NCBI GenBank assembly: GCA_951406725.2
Contig: OX597816.1
Location: forward strand, 70,246,001-70,310,000
Reading direction: 5' to 3'
Length of the DNA stretch: 64,000 bases
Source: Octopus vulgaris
Lineage: Eukaryota
Part shown: positions 54,338-64,000 of the stretch, piece after piece
Position numbering within the stretch: position 1 is the stretch's first letter
Layout: every line of letters begins with the position of its first letter
Program-made: the position numbers and the translations under genes
The notes under the pieces: generated by a model
Told to the model about the DNA's origin: nothing
Seen by the model: the letters and a program-made list of their open reading frames with translations, nothing else
Database searches by the model: none

Positions 54338-55559
54338 ATACATCATATATAGATGTATGTGAATATATAATATATATAGAGTATGTACACGTTACAGTAA
54401 GAAGAGATATACCTAAATAAAGCAGTAGGGTAAACATCTAGACAGGTATAAAGAAGCTAAAAGATTTGAGTACCGAAAAACGCAGGAAAATTTTAGCTAA
54501 GCAGTTTAAAGCACATAAATGTATTTTTAACATAATTAGGTTTTTTAAGGATCTCAATAAAACATTTTTCCAATAATTCAGTGCAGCAAAGTTTATATGC
54601 ACACCTATCATTTATAGGAGGCAAAACATGCTTGACTATGTTCTAGGTAATATGGAGCATTATCTTTGAATTCTCCATATTTTTGAGCGACTGGCTTATA
54701 TTTACCTTTATTACGTCTCCCAAATGTATGAACATTATTACATAATCTTTTCTTGAATCTGTTTGCAGTAGAACCAATATAAGTATACGTTGTTCTATTA
54801 CTGTGGATTTCATATCTACAAATGTTTTTAGTTAGGCAAGCATTGTTACGAGGTTATTGAAATCTGTTTCTAAAATTACATATCACCTCCGGTGATAAGT
54901 AAACGTGACAGGTATTATTCATATCATTACTACACCCAATATTACTATTTGCCAACGTATCAATGTGAATAACGTCAATATTATCATCCACAGTAGACAA
55001 CGAGTTGACAGAATCGTTAGCTCACCGGACAGAATGGTTAATGGCATTTCATTCGAATGTACGTTCTGAGTTCAAACTCCGGCAAGGTCATTACCTATCC
55101 GATAAAACTAGTATCAGTTGGTCACTGGCATTGATGTAATCGACTCCCTCCTTCCCTCGACATAATTGGTCTTGTACCAAAATTTGAAATCACTATTGCC
55201 ATCTTATGTTAATATCACTGATTTTGTTGCCAGCATAAATACTGCTATTGTAAAAGTAGGTTACATTGGTTATACATATATGGTTGTGGAAAATGTAGAA
55301 GCAGACTGACAAAAGCTTTCAAAAGCAGGGCGAAATGTTACTATGCATGCTTAGTGGCATTTTGTCCGATTTTATGTTCTGAATTCAAGATCCGCAGAGG
55401 TCTGCTTTACCTTTCATCTTCCGGGGTTGGTAAAAGAAGAACCAGTCGAGCACTGAGATTGATTTAATCGACTTAGAACCTCCCCCGAAATTACTGGCTG
55501 TGTGCAAAATTATGAAACCAATACTATATGGTTTGACTCGGGTTCGATCTTATTCCTGG

Positions 55560-56309
55560 TAGGATTCTTATATTTATGCAGGTAAATGGTAACTACCTGT
55601 GACCTTAGGTATCCACAAGTTTTCAGTAGTCTTTCAAGTCTTAGAACCCTCCTAATAATTTTCGCTGTCCCTAAGGAGCTCTACCGGGAATTCTATTTCA
55701 ATCTCTTTTAGCCATTTTTTCTATATCTTCGGTTACTGTTTCCCGTGCACAAATTATCATAGATACGACCTTTACTGTTCTCATACTCCAAATTCTTCTT
55801 ATTTCAAATATTAAGAGATTATATTTGTGGGGTGCCCTTTTACTTTACGATACTGGGATCAAATGGACATGATGGGTCGATTAGTAAGCAACTTAGCTTT
55901 TCCTTATCTATAACTGTTATTTCCGGTCTATTATTTTCTAACTTATTGTCTGTTTCAATAGGTAAGTCCCACAAGATCTTACATTTCTCCGACTCCTGTA
56001 CTCTTTCGACTGGATGATTACGCCATGTGTTTCCAACTTCAAATCCCTGTTTCTGGCACAGTTTCAAGTGTAAAACCTTTACAACCTGTCCATGCCTCCG
56101 TTTCTTATATTCTTCCAGTGCCAACGTCGAGCATTCTGTCTAAATGTGTGCTACTATCTCGTTCCAAGTTCCAGAGTCTCTACAAATTTCTGAAACATTC
56201 TCTCCACGTATATTTGTTTTTGTTGTTTGATCTTGGGCTGCTTCAATTAGACTCTCTGTTTCTTTTTTTTTTAACTGCCCCTTTTTAACCAAACCCAGGA
56301 TTGTTATTA

Positions 56310-56369
<60 letters not shown>

Positions 56370-57060
56370 TTCATATATACTCAACAGATTATTCTGTTGG
56401 AAAACAAAAAAATCTTAACATCGAGCTACAACACGTAAACTTAAATGCCTTAGAACACTCCTAAGTCTCTAAGTGGTTCAAAGTGACACGCAACGTCAAC
56501 TATATAGCACATGTGGTGCATCCTATCGACGACCACAATGTCCTGTCTGTTATGCTCTGGCACCTGATCAACGATATGAAAGAAAAGACCAAGAAAGATC
56601 AGGTACAAGAGAATAACAGTACTGCGCCTTCCTACAAGCACTCATCAAGATGTTGCGCTATCCTTTCGTCCAGTAAACTCGGACTCCATCCAGTTCTGGA
56701 CTCTTTCAATTTGGAAATTTCCTTAACTGCTTTTTCATCATTTCTGTAGTTATTTTTATGTCGTCTGGGCCTTCTATATTTCTGAACCTATCTTGGATTT
56801 CATACAGCTGCTCCGCTTCATCATTACAGGTCGGTTTCAGGACCCTCTCCAGAATGCCCTGCTTACCTTTCCTCTGCATCTGGTATCATTGTTACGCGTA
56901 ATCTCCTATCTCGTTCCCGAAACAGTTTTTTTTTTTTTTTAGATTTACTTCAAACAATATCTTTTGCCTGAATTGTTTTGTTTTATTGTCGCATCTTTCT
57001 AGTTTTTGCTCTAACTGCTACTACTCCTTGTTTCAATTCTTCCAATTTCTCTAAGACCGG
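55560..57060 (-). mobile_element. Two R4/Dong-like LINE 3' fragments (restriction-like endonuclease region) separated by (TTA)n
   Basis: KILWDLPIETDNKLENNRPEITVIDK (55840-56124) and EHNRQDIVVVDR..CYIVDVA (56450-56641). (TTA)n at ~56303-56368. Confidence 0.7.
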
Positions 57061-57624
57061 TAGGAGGAGAGGCAAATGCTATTGCGATTATCGAGACTGA
57101 ATTAAATGTTTGCTGCATATTGAAATTCCTCTAACGGGTTCCCACCGAAGGACAGATTAAGGTGGAAGCTTAATAAGGCAAAAGAAGGTAAAACATTTGA
57201 TGATATTGACAACAGAAATTTTAATGTACACAGCATTTTAGTATTCGAGGTACTCTCGCAGGTAACTATTGCGATCACTGAGAGCTCCATGAAAATGTTA
57301 TGATTGACTTAATGTTGTAAAACGGGTTAGATGAGGAAAAGCCGAAAATTCAAATGACAATAGCCAAAATACGTTCTACTTAGGATCATATGAATGAATC
57401 ACTGTCATCAAGCTATAAAATGTTCATTGCGATGCAAAACACTGACTACATACTCTTGTGAATGGAAAACGACTAGAGTATGCATTAATGTTTGTGTGTG
57501 TATCTTTTCTTAGGCTATATATATATATAAATATATATATATATATGTATATATATGTATATATATATATACATATATATACATATATATACATATATAT
57601 ACATATATATATATATATACATAT

Positions 57625-57662
<38 letters not shown>

Positions 57663-57689
57663 GTATATATATATATATGTATATATATG

Positions 57690-57765
<76 letters not shown>

Positions 57766-58169
57766 CGCAGGAGTGGCTGTGTGGTAAGTAGCTTGCTAAC
57801 CAACCACATGGTTCCGGGTTCAGTCCCACTGCGTGACATCTTGGGCAAGTGTCTTCTGCTATAGCCCCGAGCTGACCAATGCCTTGTGAGTGGATTTGGT
57901 AGACGGAAACTGAAAGAAGCCTGTCGTATATATGTATATATATATATAAGTGTGTGTGTATATCTTTGTGTGTCTGTGTTTGTCCCCCTAGCATTGCTTG
58001 ACAACCGATGCTGGTGTGTTTACCTCCCCGTCACTTAGCGGTCGGCAAAAGAGACCGATAGAATAAGTACTGGGCTTACAAAGAATAAGTCCCGGGGGCG
58101 ATTTGCTCGATTAAAGGCGGTGCTCCAGCATGGCCGCAGTCAAATGACTGAAACAAGTAAAAGAGTAAA

Positions 58170-58219
<50 letters not shown>

Positions 58220-58582
58220 GGAGGTGGAGGCACATGGCCTAGTGGTTAGAGCAGTATACTGGCGGTCGAGGGATCGCGGTTTCGAATCTCAGACTGAGTG
58301 GTTTATGAGCGAAAGGCAGAAGGTAGCGTCGAAATTCTGCTGATTCTTTCGCCACAACTTTCTCTCACTCCTTCTTCCTGCATCTTGCAACTCACCTGCG
58401 ACGGACCGGCGTCCCGTTCAGGTGGGGAACCTATACGCCAAGGAAACCAGGAAACCGGCCCTTATGAGCCAGGCGTAGCTCGAGAAGGAACAAACAATAT
58501 AATGAGAGAGAGAGAAAGAAAATACTATAGTCTGATATGATTCAAGTTAAGTATATATATATATATATATATATATATACGT

Positions 58583-58642
<60 letters not shown>

Positions 58643-58866
58643 ACGTATGTACCTTTGTATGTATTCCTTTATTCTTTTACTTTATTCAACCATTTGACTC
58701 TGGCCATGCTGGAGCACCGCCTTTAGTTGAAGAAATTGACTCTAGGGCTTATTCTTTGTAAACCTAGTACTCATTCTATCAGTTTTCATTTGTCGAACCG
58801 CTAACTTACGGGGACATAAACACACTAGCCTCGGTTGTCCGGCGGTAGCGGAGGAATAATCAAAGT

Positions 58867-59270
<404 letters not shown>

Positions 59271-61021
59271 GATAGGCTTCTTTCAGGTTCCGTCTACCAA
59301 ATCCACGCACAAGATTTTGGTCGGGCCGAGGCTACAGTAGAGGAAATTTGCCAAAGGTGCCACACAGTGGCATTGAACCCGGCACCATGTGGTTGGGAAG
59401 CGAGCTCCTTTAAACACATCCATGTCCGCACCTCTGTTTGTTTCTTTGAGATATATTTGAATTTTTCCCATTTGCAGAATTCATGCCGGTCACTAAGAAA
59501 ATGGCAAGGCTCTTTTCTTAAGTCAAGACATCCCTTGGTCTTGTAGTTAACTTTACTGGTTGATGTGTGCATACATGTGTGTGTAAGTATGCGTGTCTGT
59601 GTGTGTGAATAAATTTGTACTTCTCGGTATGTGTACCACAATAGAACACAGTTGTCTGTTTAATTACTGTCTAATTATGTGCCTTTATATGTATTCCATA
59701 TGTATATATGATTGTGTGCAGATGTTTGCGGAATAAAATAAATGAATAACGGAATGAATAAACGAAAGGATATGCAGTAAATTTATACCCAACTTAATCA
59801 ATAATAATACATTATAATAAATTAGAAAAATTCCCGGGTAAATGCAATCTGAGATATTTCAAATTAATTATTAGTTCTTGTCACCATATTTCGTTTTATT
59901 TTTGTTGTCCCATATTTATTAATGTATTTGTTTACTTATTCATTTTGTTGCAATCTCCAGCTTCAAACTACTTCGACATTCATCACAAACATCTGCGCAA
60001 CGATTAATTATCATAAGGAATTCTTCCCTATGTCCTGAAGAAAATTGAGCAACGACGTAGAATCATATCCTCATGTCGAAATGATGTCTTCTTCTTCTTC
60101 TTGCCGCTGTTGTTGTTGTTGTTGTTGTTGCTGTTGTTGTTGTTTTATAATTGCTAAATAAATAACTATATTATAAACTGCGCATACATTTCATTAGAGA
60201 TCTGCAGCGAATTTCATATTTGTTTATCGTTAATATTTTCATGTTTAATTTTCATATAGCTCATATTGTTTATGATTTTATTTTAAATTTAGGTGAATCC
60301 AAGGTATATCTGTATTTCTCTTGTTTAAATATTCTGTTCTTGTTTTATATAAGTATTCCATAAACAGTTTTAGAATCTAATTTAATTTGTAGCCAGAAGT
60401 GTAATAGTGTATATTAAGTATTAATTTCTTTCTTTATTGCATGTTTGTTAGCTTATTTTGATGTCATTAAAATTATTGAGCATCACGTCTATCGTTGTTC
60501 TTGATTACCTTCAGATGATTTTTTTTAATGAATTGATCTTCCAGTATATGATTAAAGTAATTTTTAAATTATAAAAAAAATACAGAACTAGTGAACTACA
60601 GAGCTAGAAACCTAAAGAACTGAAGAACTTTAGAATATAGATGGTATTTGCAATAAAACGTGCTGCGTGTGTACATAATATAATTCTTTAGCTCATTCTT
60701 CTTCCTCTATTCTAAAATACTGTTTTTCAATATTATAACAAATTTTCAAGCATGAAATTTAAAATTTCGCTTAGGAGAAATCTAATGCTACTTGAATAAA
60801 AATTTGCGTTTAATAACGCGCCCGTAGGATTGTACGACATACATACATACGCACGCACACATACATACATACATACATACATACATACATACATACATAC
60901 ATACATACATACATACATACATACATACATACATACATACATACATACATACATACATACATACATGCATGCATGCATGCATACATACATACATACATAC
61001 ATACATACATACATACATACA

Positions 61022-61054
<33 letters not shown>

Positions 61055-62766
61055 TAACGCTAAGATAGTCTCCAATGCTGTGTACAGGAAGGGTCATTCT
61101 AGCAACCACATCAGACAAACACCAGAAGTAGAAATTATCCAAGCCGATAAAAATAAGGAATAATGGCAGAGAACTCCAACAAAAATAACAAGTATAAAAT
61201 ATAAATGTGGAGGCGCAATGGCCCAGTGGTTAGGGCAGCGGACTCGCGGTCGTATGATCGCGGTTTCGATTCCCAGCCCGAGCGTTGTGAGTGTTTATTG
61301 ACCGAAAACACCTAAAAGCTGCACGTGGCTCCGGCAGGAGGTGGTGGTGATCCTTGCTGTACTCTTTCGCCACAACTTTCTTTCACTCTTTCTTCTGTTG
61401 GCCTGCTCGCTTAGCCAGCGGGGTGGTGTCATTTGAAGGCTAAAACAATGCGAAGCGCATTGTGACCAGCGATGTGTAGCAACATCTGATTGCCTGGTCG
61501 GTCACGGTGATCACGGTGATAAAATATAAATAACAAAACAGGGTAGCTACAATTATTTGAACTGATGTAGAGGGTTGTTGCCTCGCATTGTAAATGTCAC
61601 TTCAAAAATTGGAAATGAAAACATCAATAGAGAACCGATGAGGAACCTGCAACTTTTGTACCCGGGCAATAGATTTTTATTTCTTCGCACTGGATTACAT
61701 AATAAGGGACCTGCGTAGAAACTTAGAAATGCTTGAGTTTCCCAATGAATAGAACAGAGTGATTTGAATTCTTCTCATAAAATCGATCAAAGGAACAGTG
61801 AAAATTTGTAAAACATTTTTGGGGTTCACAACCACATATACACATTAACTACATATATACGCTCACACTAGGTTTTGCAATACATACTTGTAGACAATTA
61901 TTAATTTCCATCCGTACCCTGATGAGAGACCCCTCAGAAACGCAGGCATTAAACTATTGGCTACAAACATGGATTTCCAAACGGAAGGTACCGCTAACTG
62001 TAACAGCAGACAGTATTATTCACATTCAGCACTATTGACTATATAGAGCGTTATTCTTTTAATCTTGACTTCCTACGGAAACTTTCTGTACTGCATGAAA
62101 GGGAGCGCAATGTCATTTGTAGACAAATATTTAGGCTATCATATTGGCTGTAATTGTAATTCCTTTTCGTTTTTGGACTAATTGTCATACGCAAAATAAA
62201 AAGAAACCTATAAATTTGTTTTTGATTTTATTGTGCTCAGTTTGTCAAATATCAAAAACCTTAAAATACTTGCGGCGCTTATTCAATTATAAAGAGTAAA
62301 TTGTATTATTGATATTAAACTTAATTCTATTGTTTTTGTCACACTTTACTAAAAAAAAACCTTGGTTTTCAGAATTTTCTTTCTTGAATACCAATATTGA
62401 TTAGGAATCTTTAATCTTTATTATTTTTTTGTAAATGCACAAAGCACTTCACCTCGAAAAATTTGTATTTATGGAAAGGAAATTCAAATGCTTTATAAAT
62501 AATTTATATACTTATTAAATAAATAAAAATAAACATGGATATCCATATCAATTCTTAAAATAATGAAAGTAAAATATATTCAATAATGAATATATTAGTA
62601 TTGTATCATCGTGTCACGTTTTGAAAGTTTTGGAACCTATTATTTCAGCAGTTAATTAAGCAATAAAACGTAAACGTAAGTACAAAAGCAAATAAAATAT
62701 ATATCCGTTCATTTCAAACACAAATGAAAAATATTTAATTATAAAAATATGTCATTTTATATTTTT

Positions 62767-63175
62767 AAACGCAGACGTTTTTTTTTTTTAAATCTAGAAT
62801 TCAGCTGCAATGCTTCTAATTAGGTATTGATTGCCTGCTGTTCAGAATATTATACTAAGTGTTTTAAAACAACGAGCGTATTAAATTGATTTTAGGTACT
62901 AAATTAGACATTCAGTATCTCAAGATACATACTGTATGTATGTATGTATCTTAAGATTAATATACATATCCATTCTTAAACGCAATTTTTTTTTCTTTTA
63001 ATCTAGAATTCAGCTGCAATGCTTCTAACCCTAATTAGTTCTGATTGTCTGCTGTTCAAGATATAATACTAAGTGTTTTAAAACAACGAACATAATAAAT
63101 TAATTTTAAGGTGCTACATTAGACATTGAATTTTTAAAATTTGCATTATCTTAAGATTAATAAACATATTCATTA
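62767..63175. repeat. Tandem duplication, period ~210 bp
   Basis: AATCTAGAATTCAGCTGCAATGCTTCTAA...TCTTAAGATTAATA occurs twice. Confidence 0.85.
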
Positions 63176-63299
63176 CACTTTTTTATGTAGATTCCGTTTA
63201 GTAGTTTAGAAGCTAAATACAAAAAAATTGCTGCTACACATATTTTTGTGCTTAATTAATAAATGGCTATTTACTTAATAGTTTAGAAGTTTATTGATG

Positions 63300-64000
63300 G
63301 AGTATACATTACATATTTATATTGCTTTAGAAATTTTACTGAACGATATTGCCCTCCGCGGTAGAATATATTTTTAGAGCTTCAGAGATATGATCGCTAG
63401 ATGGAAGATCCTCCGAAATTTCTTCTGGAGTTGATTAATTCATGATCTTCTGAATTAGAGTCCACATCAGTAACAACTTCACATATTTCCTACACTGCCA
63501 TTGTAGGTGTCAACTTTATTAGAAATCGGCGACCGATATTCATTCTCTCCTTTGTATGTAAAGTCTATGTTTTTACCAAGAGATTCATTTGTAATAAGTT
63601 CTAACTTCTTAACAGCAGTTTCTGCTCATGTTTTAGAACATCCATCTCTTTTAAAAGAATTCAGAATAGTCCTTTCTGAGATTTATTTCTATGAGACTAC
63701 TCGCATGTGCAATACAACAGGAAGAGAAATTTATCTGGCAATTGAGGTGGCATTAGATAAGCATTAAGGTAATTTAAATCTGATTCTTTCACGAATTTCT
63801 TTTCGATATAAACCTTTTCGATATATCACATTGTTCAATTAATAATGTAATTTTTTTTTAGCAAAAACAAGAAATTCTTCTATATTCTTTATTGTCAAAT
63901 TTTTTCTGCGCCGTACAAGTTGTCAACTAACACAACATTGTTTCCCTGAAATTCTAAATCCCACTTAAATAACATGCTGTTGTTAACAATAACTGTACTT
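63300..64000 (-). mobile_element. Highly degenerate pogo/Tigger-like transposase remnant
   Basis: Minus-strand fragments resembling 'KILLLIDNC' and 'LPP' motifs, with many stops. Confidence 0.35.

Noticed and set aside
60270-60660. Possible plus-strand micro-exon (ag GTGAATCCAAG gt) and downstream acceptor at ~60514
   Set aside because: Weak donor, almost no coding content and no homology support.

Overview
AT-rich, microsatellite-dense eukaryotic DNA. The tRNA-derived SINEs and (TA)n/(CA)n/(TACA)n tracts suggest an Octopus-like cephalopod genome (inference). Most of the window is SINEs, mariner/Tc1, Chapaev3-like, RTE, R4-like and Penelope-like remnants, and nearly all ORF-track entries are spurious. 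Hidden on the + strand is a cluster of spliced genes for small secreted Cys-rich peptides that the ORF track largely misses. Gene 1 has a non-coding exon at ~7.67 kb, a signal exon at 11167-11227 and a mature exon at 13165-13349 (81 aa, 8 Cys). Locus 2 has two paralogous TATA/first exons (17.7 and 23.9 kb) and only one visible signal-peptide exon (29022-29082). That exon is followed by five tandemly duplicated, phase-compatible, highly divergent terminal exons (30088, 35984, 48269, 51898, ~52612), each a variant of a CX3C-X15-CX4C module. This suggests a 'one leader, many peptides' alternative-last-exon cassette. A cluster of type I hammerhead ribozyme motifs lies at 41.5-43.1 kb, including a 361-nt retrozyme-like tandem repeat. 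All gene models were read by eye and need transcript support.
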